From a virus: 64,000 bases of DNA. Where the stretch lies: the IMG/VR virus record IMGVR_UViG_3300045541_000260, positions 5,929 through 69,928 of that record. One strand, written 5' to 3'. The position numbers and the translations under genes are program-made. The notes beneath the pieces are model-generated. The model ran no database searches. It was given only the letters and a program-made list of their open reading frames with translations, and had not been told where the DNA came from. This document shows positions 9,467-19,053 of the stretch, one piece after another; position 1 is the first letter of the stretch, and every line of letters starts with the position of its first letter.

Positions 9467-9802
9467 ATGAACAGCATGTTTCGTTCAGTTCCTGCCCATT
9501 GGGAGGAACAACATTACCCCCAACCTGACCTAGACGAGGATGACATGATCCCTACCGTTAGTCTCAAGTTCTGTGAGTATGACAAGGCTCGTAAGGTACT
9601 CAAACTGGCCAGCGAATACTTCGGCATGCCCCGTGAGTTCTTTGTCAAGAGCCATCACACCGGCAAGGAAGTTCGCTTCACCGTAGTCAGCGAACACGAT
9701 GTTCTGTTTGATCAAGATGGTTGGGATGGCGAACAGCAGATTTATCGCCCCACAAGCGATGTGCCCGGTGTGGATCACATGGTTATCTATCATCAGTGGT
9801 AA
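9467..9802 (+). CDS. hypothetical early protein
   Basis: ORF abutting the previous gene. Confidence 0.6.
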   Translation: MNSMFRSVPAHWEEQHYPQPDLDEDDMIPTVSLKFCEYDKARKVLKLASEYFGMPREFFVKSHHTGKEVRFTVVSEHDVLFDQDGWDGEQQIYRPTSDVPGVDHMVIYHQW

Positions 9803-9803
9803 A

Positions 9804-9832
9804 TTGACACAAAATCGGTTTGGTACTATAAT
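9804..9832 (+). promoter_or_regulatory. sigma70-type early promoter
   Basis: TTGACACAAAATCGGTTTGGTACTATAAT. Confidence 0.85.
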
Positions 9833-9862
9833 AGAGTTATCGTAAACGAAACGGAGCAAGCA

Positions 9863-10138
9863 ATGGACATCAAGCAAATCAATTCCGCTATTATGTTTGG
9901 CAACTTCACGGATGTTGAACTGAACTCCATCATTGACGCTGTCAAGTTCGCTCGAGCAGGCCTCCAACGGCAAGTCAAGCGAAGCCTGACCCTGGGCACT
10001 ACGGTTCGTTGGACCAGCACCAAGAACCCACGCGGCGAGCAAGGCACGGTGGCTAAGATTGCTCAAAAGTATGTGACGGTTCGCACTGGTTCTGGTATGC
10101 TGTGGCGTGTGCCCGCTAACATGCTCGAAGTCATTTAA
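9863..10138 (+). CDS. hypothetical early protein
   Basis: SD GGAG; G.V.KI..K...WRVP..ML C-terminus. Confidence 0.7.
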   Translation: MDIKQINSAIMFGNFTDVELNSIIDAVKFARAGLQRQVKRSLTLGTTVRWTSTKNPRGEQGTVAKIAQKYVTVRTGSGMLWRVPANMLEVI

Positions 10139-10167
10139 TTGACACAAAATTGGTTTGGTACTATAAT
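10139..10167 (+). promoter_or_regulatory. sigma70-type early promoter
   Basis: TTGACACAAAATTGGTTTGGTACTATAAT. Confidence 0.85.
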
Positions 10168-10198
10168 AGAGTTATCGTAAGCAAAACAGGAGCACGAA

Positions 10199-10462
10199 AT
10201 GTTCGTAGTTTTCCACAAAGACTTTCCCCATCAAGACAAGCGTTATTTCAAGAGCGAAGCCGGCGCCAAGCGTAGTGCAACCTGCTCCAATCGTAACGCA
10301 GGCAAGACTGTCTATCAAGCAATGGAAGAACTCCTGTTCAACATCAAGCATCCTGTTGGTACTAAGGTCGTCAAGAACCTGATGACCGGCGAGGATGTTG
10401 TAATCGCAGAGGACACACCCTGGTGCTGTAACCCTGCTAGCGAAACCTACTGGAGCATGTAA
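10199..10462 (+). CDS. hypothetical early protein
   Basis: SD AGGAG; ends VKNLMTG...DTPWCCNPASETYWSM. Confidence 0.7.
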   Translation: MFVVFHKDFPHQDKRYFKSEAGAKRSATCSNRNAGKTVYQAMEELLFNIKHPVGTKVVKNLMTGEDVVIAEDTPWCCNPASETYWSM

Positions 10463-10464
10463 TC

Positions 10465-10959
10465 ATGTTAGTGAATCCTACTCTTACTACTGAAGAATTT
10501 AAGAACATCCATAACGCACTCTGCGACTTGGATTATGTTGCAGAAAGTCTCGAAGATGTGCTCAAGCCTGAAAAGTTTGTTCGCCTACAAAAGGCCAAGA
10601 CTGCTATTCGCCTGGCCCTGAAGCGAGCATACGAAGAAGATGATCGACTGTTCCGAGAGCGAAGCGATCTCTGCGATCATGTCAAGTCCGAATGCCACTT
10701 CAACAGCATTTGGAGCATGTACGAAGTGGATGATTTCTACGCAAAGCATCCTTTCACTGATGCCAAGTCTGTAACCTACATCGACCATTGGGGTGATAAC
10801 CCTGTCGCGGCTGCTATCCCTGGCGACCGTTGGATTGATCTATGGCGTGCCGCTGACGAATGCATCAGCCTGTCAGGTGACGATCATCATGTGTTCATCG
10901 AGCGGTTCCGTCTGGCGGAAAATAACAACGCTACACTGGTTCTGCACACTGGGAGTTAA
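10465..10959 (+). CDS. hypothetical protein
   Basis: W.DLWRAADECI..SGD.HH.FIE. Confidence 0.65.
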   Translation: MLVNPTLTTEEFKNIHNALCDLDYVAESLEDVLKPEKFVRLQKAKTAIRLALKRAYEEDDRLFRERSDLCDHVKSECHFNSIWSMYEVDDFYAKHPFTDAKSVTYIDHWGDNPVAAAIPGDRWIDLWRAADECISLSGDDHHVFIERFRLAENNNATLVLHTGS

Positions 10960-10960
10960 T

Positions 10961-11218
10961 ATGCGTAACTTTTTGATGTTTATTCAATGGCAGTGGCGTG
11001 AATTTGAGTTTTGGCAGAAGTGTTTTGTTTTTGTTTTGCCTGCGGTTATTGCGTCAGTGTTTTTGCCCAAGCCTTATGATCAATATCTTTATCTAGCAGC
11101 CATGTCAGTTGTTTGTGCGTTTGCTACGAAGTGGATCGTATGGGACGGCATCAAGGCAAGCTATGCCAAATACAGAAAGCAAAGAGACAACCTGTTCAAC
11201 GAAATTAGAGGCGACTAA
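10961..11218 (+). CDS. small membrane protein
   Basis: SD GGGAG; two hydrophobic segments. Confidence 0.6.
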   Translation: MRNFLMFIQWQWREFEFWQKCFVFVLPAVIASVFLPKPYDQYLYLAAMSVVCAFATKWIVWDGIKASYAKYRKQRDNLFNEIRGD

Positions 11219-11404
11219 TAAATAGTGGTATCGGAACCATGCCATGCTAAAATTTTTCTTCCAACGCAAAAAAATCAACACTGTTGATATGCCACATAAC
11301 GAACAGCCTGACCCTTATTTAGAAAAACTTACACAAGAATTGCTCTTGCAAAAAAAGCAAGAATCAGTTAAACTTACACAACAACAAAAGGAAAAGGAAG
11401 TTAA

Positions 11405-11992
11405 ATGAGTTTGGTTCCAATGGTGCTTGAACGCACTGGTAACAGCGAACGGGCTATGGATCTTTATAGCCGACTAATGCGAGATCGTATTATTCTCCTG
11501 GAAGGAGAAGTGCATGATCAGATGGCTAACTTGATTGTAGGCCAACTCTTGTTTTTGGAGAGCGAAGATGCTAGTCGAGATATTACAATGTTTATCAATA
11601 GTCCTGGTGGTGTTGTCACAGCCGGCATGGCTATTTACGATACTATGCAGTTTATCAAGCCCGATGTCGCGACCTATGTTATGGGGCAGGCCTGCTCGAT
11701 GGGCAGTCTACTAGCACAAGCAGGTGCCGCAGGTAAACGATACATCCTGCCCAATGCTCGTCACATGATTCATCAGCCCTCGGGTGGAGCTGGTGGTCAA
11801 GCCACTGACATGGAAATTCAAGTTCGCGAAATTCTTGAGATGAAGCGTAACCTTACTAACATCTATGTTAAGCATAACAGTCGCGGCAAGACCTACGAGC
11901 AACTTCGAACCGATATGGAGCGTGACTATTATATGAGTGCTCAACAAGCTGTTGAGTATGGTTTGGCAGATCAGGTTATTGAAAAGCGATAA
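11405..11992 (+). CDS. clpP: ATP-dependent Clp protease proteolytic subunit
   Basis: [41 protein letters not shown]. Confidence 0.97.
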   Translation: MSLVPMVLERTGNSERAMDLYSRLMRDRIILLEGEVHDQMANLIVGQLLFLESEDASRDITMFINSPGGVVTAGMAIYDTMQFIKPDVATYVMGQACSMGSLLAQAGAAGKRYILPNARHMIHQPSGGAGGQATDMEIQVREILEMKRNLTNIYVKHNSRGKTYEQLRTDMERDYYMSAQQAVEYGLADQVIEKR

Positions 11993-12318
11993 TGGAAAAT
12001 TTTGATTGGATTGGCTTTACCTTTTACTTTCTAATTGGATGGGCTATTAGCAAAGCTATTGCTGTATATCTTGAATCAAGAAATCGACAACTAGAAACTC
12101 AAATTCAGGATCTTCAAAATCGAATCGACAACAGAATCATCAACGTGAAGATCGAAAAGCACGGTGAAATTTTTTATCTCTTTGACAAAAAGAACGATAC
12201 TTTCGTTGCTCAAGGCTTCAACATGGAAGAACTCCAGAAGCATATTGATGCTAGATTTAAAAACAAAAAAGTCGTGATTGCCAACCAAGAAGAAATGGCC
12301 GCGACAGGTTTGAAGTAA
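11992..12318 (+). CDS. membrane-anchored hypothetical protein
   Basis: N-terminal TM segment; FVAQG motif. Confidence 0.6.
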   Translation: MENFDWIGFTFYFLIGWAISKAIAVYLESRNRQLETQIQDLQNRIDNRIINVKIEKHGEIFYLFDKKNDTFVAQGFNMEELQKHIDARFKNKKVVIANQEEMAATGLK

Positions 12319-12391
12319 TTTAGGTGTTGACAGCCCGCCTGAATCTTTGTTACAATTGGCTGTGTTTTTCAACTTTAATTGAGGTAATTAA

Positions 12392-12568
12392 ATGAGTGGT
12401 ATGACTTGGACTGTGACCTGTGGTAAGTTCCGTAAGACTTTCTATGACTTCCAATCGGCCAAGGCCGAAGCGGAAAAGGAAAGTTGGCTTCAGGACCGCG
12501 CCGCAGAAATCAAGACCAACATGGGCAAGGTTCGCCGTGTCCGCATTCATCAACCTGAGGCCCGCTAA
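12392..12568 (+). CDS. small early protein (58 aa, not in ORF track)
   Basis: follows TTGACA-18-TACAAT (12327-12356) and SD GAGG. Confidence 0.6.
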   Translation: MSGMTWTVTCGKFRKTFYDFQSAKAEAEKESWLQDRAAEIKTNMGKVRRVRIHQPEAR

Positions 12569-12789
12569 TGGGCTACCGTAAGGATTGGGACCTTCATGCC
12601 ATAAAGCATCAGCTATGGAAGATGTCGCATGAATGTTCCAGTCCTTACAATGATGGCTTTACTCAATTTGAAGTTAAAAAAGACTTATTGGGTATAAAGT
12701 TTCTAGTAGACGACTTGCTGGAAAAAACTCCTAAATTTGCCGGCGAAGAGGAAATCTATCATCAGCGCATGGTAGACAAACTAAAATGA
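12568..12789 (+). CDS. hypothetical protein
   Basis: coupled ORF; SPYNDGF..KKDL. Confidence 0.6.
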   Translation: MGYRKDWDLHAIKHQLWKMSHECSSPYNDGFTQFEVKKDLLGIKFLVDDLLEKTPKFAGEEEIYHQRMVDKLK

Positions 12790-13628
12790 AAATCAAAGTA
12801 GTCAGCGATCTACATCTGGAATTTAGTGACATTAATATTCCTAATGCAGAAGATTGCGATGTCCTAATTCTCAGCGGCGACATTTTAATCGCACAGGATC
12901 TGCACGACCATTCAGCGGAAAAGGTCGGCGTTGCGGCCATGATTGAAAGTATGAGTAGCAGGCAAGCCGCTGCCTTTCGCTTCCGTGACTTTTTGAAGCG
13001 TGTTAGTTCTCAATTTCCGCATGTCATCTATGTGGCTGGCAATCACGAATTCTATCATGGCAAGTTTATTGCCAGCCTTCAGTATCTTCGCGATGAATGC
13101 GCTAAGTTTCCCAATATCTACTTTCTAGAGCGAGACACTAAGGTCATCGATGATGTAGTGTTTGTCGGCGGCACCCTTTGGACGGATATGAATAAGTATG
13201 ATCCGTTAACGCTACATGCTGTGGGCGACATGATGAACGATTTTCGAATTGTTCGCCATGATGGGCAAGGCTACACTCGACTACGCCCTGCACATGCCGC
13301 GGTCAGGCATCGTGAAACTTTGGATTATATTCGTCTTATAGTAGACGAAAATAAGAACCGGCGATGTGTGGTAGTAACGCACATGGCTCCGAGTTTTCAG
13401 AGTATCCACGAAAAATATGCAGACAGCACACTAATGAACGGTGCTTATGCCAGTGACTTGTCAGAGTTTATCCTTGACAGGCCACAAATCAAGTTGTGGA
13501 CACATGGCCATGTGCATAATGTAAATGACTATATGATTGGCTCGACTCGTGTAGTTAGTAATCCTCGCGGATATGAAGGCTATGAGGCCGACACTGGTTG
13601 GCAAATTAATCATGTAGTAGAGGTATAA
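12786..13628 (+). CDS. calcineurin-like metallophosphoesterase
   Basis: SDLH, GD, GNHE, TH, HGHVH. Confidence 0.9.
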   Translation: MKIKVVSDLHLEFSDINIPNAEDCDVLILSGDILIAQDLHDHSAEKVGVAAMIESMSSRQAAAFRFRDFLKRVSSQFPHVIYVAGNHEFYHGKFIASLQYLRDECAKFPNIYFLERDTKVIDDVVFVGGTLWTDMNKYDPLTLHAVGDMMNDFRIVRHDGQGYTRLRPAHAAVRHRETLDYIRLIVDENKNRRCVVVTHMAPSFQSIHEKYADSTLMNGAYASDLSEFILDRPQIKLWTHGHVHNVNDYMIGSTRVVSNPRGYEGYEADTGWQINHVVEV

Positions 13629-13631
13629 ATT

Positions 13632-14000
13632 ATGCTTTTAATGTTTAAAGAACAATTTAACTGTTGGGTTTGGACTGCCGAGGAGAATCCAGGATACGAG
13701 CTAAGTCCTAGGTATAACACTCAAGTTGAAGCATTGCAATGGCGCGGCGATGTAAGTTTTGAGATTCATCGCGACTATGCAATGCTAGCTTCGGGACAAC
13801 GAGTCGTGATTCCTATCAATAGAAATCATGCTCATATGATTTTAGACAATGTTGTAAAATATCTTCAAAAAGAAGATAGTTACACACCGTCAACGTCAAA
13901 GACTATTCCGAATTTCGAATCTACAGCACCGCAAACTCGGACGCAACCGTCATTGATTAATGTAAGTGCTAATTTTGATACTCCGGCATTGCCAGGTTAA
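13632..14000 (+). CDS. hypothetical protein
   Basis: SD GAGG. Confidence 0.55.
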   Translation: MLLMFKEQFNCWVWTAEENPGYELSPRYNTQVEALQWRGDVSFEIHRDYAMLASGQRVVIPINRNHAHMILDNVVKYLQKEDSYTPSTSKTIPNFESTAPQTRTQPSLINVSANFDTPALPG

Positions 14001-14012
14001 GAAAGGTAAAAA

Positions 14013-14507
14013 ATGATTACTCTTAAAGAATTTATGGAAGTGGTTAAGTACCGCATCACAGAAGGTAGTGATTACTACGGTGATTTTGGATGTCCTGCGT
14101 ATCATTTTAGTTATTGGAACGGGGACAACGATGAAGGACACAGTGTTTGTATTGTGTTTAATACAGAAAATCAAACTGTTATTAGTGCCGAAGTCTGTGA
14201 TTATAAAAACCGTCGTGCTTATCGTTTGATTAATCCTGATTATAAAGATCGAAGTTTTGACGATGAGGCCTGGGACGATATTAAGTGGACTGAGCTCGAG
14301 GCCGATGACGATTGGATTCAGAAAGCTCTAGCCATTATCAATGGAGAAGAATACGATACTCGCGTTACTATTCCCTTGGATATTAGCAATGATGAGTTCA
14401 ACGCTATTGCTCACATGGCTCATGAGCATGATATTACATTTAATCAAATGGTAGAAAAAATTCTGTGGGCTGAAATTAATCGAATCAAAAATCACTTGCC
14501 GTCGTAA
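14013..14507 (+). CDS. hypothetical phage protein
   Basis: SD AAGG; YRITEG; AHEHDITFNQMVE. Confidence 0.65.
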   Translation: MITLKEFMEVVKYRITEGSDYYGDFGCPAYHFSYWNGDNDEGHSVCIVFNTENQTVISAEVCDYKNRRAYRLINPDYKDRSFDDEAWDDIKWTELEADDDWIQKALAIINGEEYDTRVTIPLDISNDEFNAIAHMAHEHDITFNQMVEKILWAEINRIKNHLPS

Positions 14508-15043
14508 CGCCAGTGAAAGAAACTATAGATATTGTTTTGTCCCGGGTCACATAAAAGCGTAGTTCTCCAGTGAGGATTTTTTCTGCCAAAGCAATGGCAA
14601 AAATCTCCCGGATATAAGTCGTATGACGAGAATTCTTTCATCCACGCAGACTTATCATACCATGCAGAATTATCCCAATCACTGCTTAACGGTTTAGGAC
14701 TGACATTCAGTGTCCACGGCACATCTCGTTTTAAACCTAAGCTAATAGTAACATCTAAACCTGGCCTGTCGGTGTGAGTTCTTAAAAAACTTCCGCTTTT
14801 GTACATTCTGGTGTAAGTGTTTTCGAACTTGAGACTATTGCCATATATAGGCTTAAGATATTCTTCGAAGCGTTCAATGTACTTAAGAGTGGTCGGCAAA
14901 TTATAGTAAGTTTCTGTTAGAGTTAAATCATTGCCGACATTGACATAATCGTTTGTCGGCTCATTATTTCTTTTTTGACTCATAAAATCAGCTAAAATTT
15001 CATCTACTTCGGTCTTACTTAAAAAGTTTTCTACCATTCCCAT
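14492..15043 (-). CDS. 2OG-Fe(II) oxygenase
   Basis: RMY...L..HTDR, HWR. Confidence 0.8.
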   Translation of the reverse strand: MGMVENFLSKTEVDEILADFMSQKRNNEPTNDYVNVGNDLTLTETYYNLPTTLKYIERFEEYLKPIYGNSLKFENTYTRMYKSGSFLRTHTDRPGLDVTISLGLKRDVPWTLNVSPKPLSSDWDNSAWYDKSAWMKEFSSYDLYPGDFCHCFGRKNPHWRTTLLCDPGQNNIYSFFHWRYDGK

Positions 15044-15089
15044 ATTTGAATATCCTTATATTAAATACTTATGGAATTTACTCGAAATT

Positions 15090-15602
15090 ATGAAGCTAGT
15101 CAAAGTACGTAGAGATATTTTAAATTGGATTGAAAATTTTGTCGAACAGCCTGACGCTAAGTTAAATGGCTGGCCGCCTTGTCCTTTTGCTCGTAAAGCC
15201 AGAATTGAAAACAAAGTAGATGTTAGACTGGGCACATCCATCGAAGTCGATCTTTATACTATTAATGATGAATGGGATGATAAGTTTGACGTTGTTATCT
15301 TTGCGTATGATCCAAATAATTATACACCGGACGAAGTCAGTGAATTAGTCGAAAAAATTAACTATGAATTATTGCTGCCCAACGACCTAATGTGTCTTGA
15401 CGATCACCCCAGCGACCATGAAGAAGTCAGTGGCGTCAGGATGAATCAAGGTCAATATCTATTGCTGATGTGCCAGCGTTTTGGCAAAGTCAATGAAGCC
15501 AGCGATGATCTCAAGCGCCAGGGCTATTATGACTTGTGGACTCGAGATTATTACGATCGTGTTGTAGGCTGGCGAGAGCAGTATGGATTTGATGACAACT
15601 AG
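15090..15602 (+). CDS. hypothetical protein (DUF1415-like)
   Basis: PCPFARKA, DHP, L...GYY..W. Confidence 0.6.
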   Translation: MKLVKVRRDILNWIENFVEQPDAKLNGWPPCPFARKARIENKVDVRLGTSIEVDLYTINDEWDDKFDVVIFAYDPNNYTPDEVSELVEKINYELLLPNDLMCLDDHPSDHEEVSGVRMNQGQYLLLMCQRFGKVNEASDDLKRQGYYDLWTRDYYDRVVGWREQYGFDDN

Positions 15603-16248
15603 CAATTCGACTGTCTCGTTTGCATAACCAGATGTATTCATCCCGATCCTGGCTCCAAGCACTGCCAGTCCACCACTCGAAACCATCTACATCTGCTTTG
15701 TAGATGCTGTTCTTTTCATAACCAGGGCCCATGTAGAAATACTGGTAGCCCTGTTTTTTTGCCCAAGCAATTTCTGATCGCAAACTTTTTAATCCCAAGT
15801 GACTGCTGGGATCTCGATAATCCCAAGCGAACAGCACACTTTCGATATTTTTGTCGTCATATCTTCTAAGCTTAGTCCATGCAGTTAATTCATTGTTGAG
15901 ATAATATCCTGCAATGATATCTAAATCTAAAAACTCATTAATTTCAAAATATTTGTTATAGTGTTTGTGTTTGCAGTATAGGCTATAAATTTCGTCTAGT
16001 TTTGTTATGGGATAATCATTATCCAGCAAATAGAATTCGTCGTTAAATTTGTAATCGGTGTTGTTTATTATAACTCGTGTGCTACGGCTTTGATACCAAA
16101 CCGGCTGTTTATTTTTTGCTGTAACAAGCCATCCCTGTTCTAATGCTTGGCTGTATTCTTCTGGTTTAACATCAATGAGCTCAGGATAATTCAAAATTAG
16201 TTCACTTCGACTGTGACACCCAAACTTATTGCTAAATATTATCTGCAT
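15511..16248 (-). CDS. arginyl/aminoacyl-tRNA-protein transferase-like (ATE/Bpt fold)
   Basis: L..GW, Y..Y..HK, LG..S...EI..AK..G..YFYMG.GY....YK. Confidence 0.65.
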   Translation of the reverse strand: MQIIFSNKFGCHSRSELILNYPELIDVKPEEYSQALEQGWLVTAKNKQPVWYQSRSTRVIINNTDYKFNDEFYLLDNDYPITKLDEIYSLYCKHKHYNKYFEINEFLDLDIIAGYYLNNELTAWTKLRRYDDKNIESVLFAWDYRDPSSHLGLKSLRSEIAWAKKQGYQYFYMGPGYEKNSIYKADVDGFEWWTGSAWSQDRDEYIWLCKRDSRIASCHQIHTALASLQHDRNNLESTSHNSPGA

Positions 16249-16271
16249 ACTTTATATTTATTGGAGAGTTA

Positions 16272-17453
16272 ATGAAGAAAATACCGAATGTTCACAATAA
16301 TTGGGATCCATTAAAAGAGATTTGGCTTGGCGATGTATGGCCTTCTCATTTTTATGACGACATTGAAGATCAAGCTGTTCGTGATATATTTTATCAAATA
16401 ACCGAGTGGACAAAAGAAGATCTGAATAATATACAAAAAAAGTTTGAAAGCTTTGGTGTTGTTGTTAAACGTCCCGATGTTTCCGGTCCAAAAGAAAGAT
16501 ATTTAATCAATGCTAACAGACTTCAACAATCAAAAGCGGGTCTAAATCTTCTCAAACCTCCCATTACACCGAGAGACAGTATTTCGGTTATTGGAAACAA
16601 ATTGTACTTCAATCCTGAGTATGAGTATCAATGTTACAAAAACTTATTAGATGAATTCGAACCGGAATCAGTGATCAGATCCGGCCCTTCGGCTGTGGCC
16701 GGCCCCGGAGGGGCTAGCTTAGTAAAGCTTGGAAAAGATTTAATTATCGACGAGTTTATACCAAACATCGCAGATATAAAGCGCAAAAATCCAATCGAGG
16801 CTCTGAGGCTAGAAAGACAAAATGCACTAAACTCGTATACAAAATTTCATCATTATAATAAATTACTCGGAAACGATTATAGACTGCACTTTGCTACCCA
16901 AGGCGGCCACTGTGACGGCTGTTTTATGCCTTTACGATTCGGCCTGTTACTGACCACTGGATATTACAAAGATTATGAGTACCTGTTCCCAGACTGGAAA
17001 AAAATTAATATTTCGCAGCCAACCTACGCTCACAAGTATATGTATAGGCCGCCCGAATGGCGTTGGAATATACCAAGTCTTCAGGCGCCACCGCACTTTA
17101 ATTCCTACATTGAAAAATACTGTAGTGATTGGATAGGAAATTTTACTGAAACTTATTTCGAAGTTAACATTGTAATGATCGATGAAAAAAATCTTATCTG
17201 CATTGGCACTAACGACAAATTGTTCGATGAATTAGAAAAAGAAGGTATCACTTGTCATGTGGTTCCATTCCGTACAAGAACATTCTGGGACGGTGGTATG
17301 CATTGTATTACATTGGACACTATTAGAGACAGTAAAATTATCGATTATTATCCAGAGCGCGGCAATGTGGGTATAAAAAATATCTATTCTCAAAGCTTTG
17401 ATTACTCAACAGAAAAGTATATGGCAGCATACAGGGAAGCCAATAAACTTTAA
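16272..17453 (+). CDS. amidinotransferase (glycine/inosamine-phosphate type)
   Basis: NNWDPLKEIWLG, PRD, HCDG, GGMHCITLD. Confidence 0.85.
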   Translation: MKKIPNVHNNWDPLKEIWLGDVWPSHFYDDIEDQAVRDIFYQITEWTKEDLNNIQKKFESFGVVVKRPDVSGPKERYLINANRLQQSKAGLNLLKPPITPRDSISVIGNKLYFNPEYEYQCYKNLLDEFEPESVIRSGPSAVAGPGGASLVKLGKDLIIDEFIPNIADIKRKNPIEALRLERQNALNSYTKFHHYNKLLGNDYRLHFATQGGHCDGCFMPLRFGLLLTTGYYKDYEYLFPDWKKINISQPTYAHKYMYRPPEWRWNIPSLQAPPHFNSYIEKYCSDWIGNFTETYFEVNIVMIDEKNLICIGTNDKLFDELEKEGITCHVVPFRTRTFWDGGMHCITLDTIRDSKIIDYYPERGNVGIKNIYSQSFDYSTEKYMAAYREANKL

Positions 17454-17476
17454 TTTTTGAGCAGTGTTCCAATTAA

Positions 17477-17505
17477 TTGACACAAAATAGATTTGATGCT
17501 ATAGT
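17477..17505 (+). promoter_or_regulatory. sigma70-type early promoter
   Basis: TTGACACAAAAT...TATAGT, ATG 6 nt downstream. Confidence 0.75.
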
Positions 17506-17511
17506 TATAGC

Positions 17512-17910
17512 ATGAAAACTTTGTCCATTCCTGCGGTGGGTAGTCGAGTTCGAGTTACGACTCGTCATAAAGAAATTTTCTATTGGGCCACGAAACCTTA
17601 TAGAGAACATCTATATGAAGGCGAAGTTGTCGCTTCTAATAAGTGGGATCAGCCTAATAGTTTTAAACTATTCACTGGCAATCCGGATTGGCCTGACAGT
17701 GTGATTCATGTTGACAATGTGCATGATATCCAATATATCAAGGGCGGCCCCGGCCAGTCCGTTGAATCTAAAAATAAAACTTGGACCGTAACGGGCAGTC
17801 GGGGCGATAAATATGTGATTACCCAAAGCGGCACTAAGTTTACCTGCACTTGCAGTGGTTTTCAATTTCGTCGCCAATGTAAACATGTTAAGGAGAAGCA
17901 AAATGCTTAA
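17512..17910 (+). CDS. SWIM zinc-finger protein
   Basis: GS.G..Y, CTCSGFQFRRQCKH. Confidence 0.8.
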   Translation: MKTLSIPAVGSRVRVTTRHKEIFYWATKPYREHLYEGEVVASNKWDQPNSFKLFTGNPDWPDSVIHVDNVHDIQYIKGGPGQSVESKNKTWTVTGSRGDKYVITQSGTKFTCTCSGFQFRRQCKHVKEKQNA

Positions 17911-18292
17911 GAAAATTTTATTGGTCGGTGCTGTGGTTGCTTTGACAGGCTGTGCTACACATCAGCAAAGTAATGAATTGGCTGGTGCCGCTGTGGGCGG
18001 CATTATTGGTAATGCTGTGGGCGGCCGTGGTGGCGCAGTTCTTGGAGCAGGCCTTGGAGCTATGATTGGCCACCAGCAACCTACTCAACGTGAGCCACAA
18101 GTCATTATCGAGCGTCAAATTGTTCAGGGAGGTATTGTTGAGTCATGCCGACCACGTTATCATCGCGATATCACTCAGTGCGAAGAGAAAAATCTCCGAG
18201 ATCCCAACTACACCCAGCAAATGTTCAATGCCTGTGTTGCACAAGCAAAATATCGTTATCAAAACTGTATCCGAGACATTCGCTTAAATTGA
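17903..18292 (+). CDS. glycine-zipper lipoprotein
   Basis: lipobox LTGC; GAAVGGIIG...GAGLGAMIG. Confidence 0.75.
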   Translation: MLKKILLVGAVVALTGCATHQQSNELAGAAVGGIIGNAVGGRGGAVLGAGLGAMIGHQQPTQREPQVIIERQIVQGGIVESCRPRYHRDITQCEEKNLRDPNYTQQMFNACVAQAKYRYQNCIRDIRLN

Positions 18293-18317
18293 CACAAAAT
18301 CGGTTTGGTAATATAAT
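18289..18317 (+). promoter_or_regulatory. sigma70-type early promoter
   Basis: TTGACACAAAATCGGTTTGGTAATATAAT. Confidence 0.85.
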
Positions 18318-18344
18318 AGAACTATCGTAAATGAAAGGGCTGTT

Positions 18345-19052
18345 ATGTATTTCCAAACCAGCTATTCGCGGCTTCCCGCCAAACGCATTGTGAAGTCTAC
18401 TGTCACTTATCCCGTTGATCTTGCCTGGGCCGCTGTGGCTGCGGCGGATCGTGTAAACGGCAGCAAGTATGTCAACGACCAGACTTACTTTGCCCACGAC
18501 GAGCCCAAGCTCAAGACTAACAAGGTCTTGGCGTACGAATTCCTTGACAAGCCCGAAACTCTCACTGACGAGGATCATACTCGCGGCCAAGAACTAGCCG
18601 ACCACTTCAAGGGTCTGCTGTTTGCCGCTCTGGGCAAGCCCCTGCAGGGTTTCCTAGAGACTGTCAATAAGATCAACACCATGGAGAATGTAGGCCGCTT
18701 CGAAGTGGCCTGCATGGCTGCTCTGCCCCGTACCTATCGCACGGACTGCGAGCGTAAGGTTCGTGACGAGCAAATGATGGCATGGGCCGTGGACAGCGAC
18801 TACATCGGTGCTGAAGGTAGCCGCCAGATTTTGAATGTGCGTGTTGTAGAGACTTTTTACAGCCAAAAATTTATGAGTCTGATTGTCACCGCCAAGCGTG
18901 GCAAGGACATTGTCAAGTTTTTTACCAGCAAGCCTGCTGAACTGTTTGTCAAGAATACCGACATTACCGTCAAGGGCACTGTCAAGCGGAACTCAGTAAA
19001 CGACCGCACCGGTGCCAAGGAAAGTTGGCTGAACCGCGTTACGGTGATTTAA
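18345..19052 (+). CDS. hypothetical early protein, possible C-terminal OB fold
   Basis: GC-richer ORF after promoter; ends ITVKGTVK...LNRV. Confidence 0.65.
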   Translation: MYFQTSYSRLPAKRIVKSTVTYPVDLAWAAVAAADRVNGSKYVNDQTYFAHDEPKLKTNKVLAYEFLDKPETLTDEDHTRGQELADHFKGLLFAALGKPLQGFLETVNKINTMENVGRFEVACMAALPRTYRTDCERKVRDEQMMAWAVDSDYIGAEGSRQILNVRVVETFYSQKFMSLIVTAKRGKDIVKFFTSKPAELFVKNTDITVKGTVKRNSVNDRTGAKESWLNRVTVI

Positions 19053-19053
19053 T

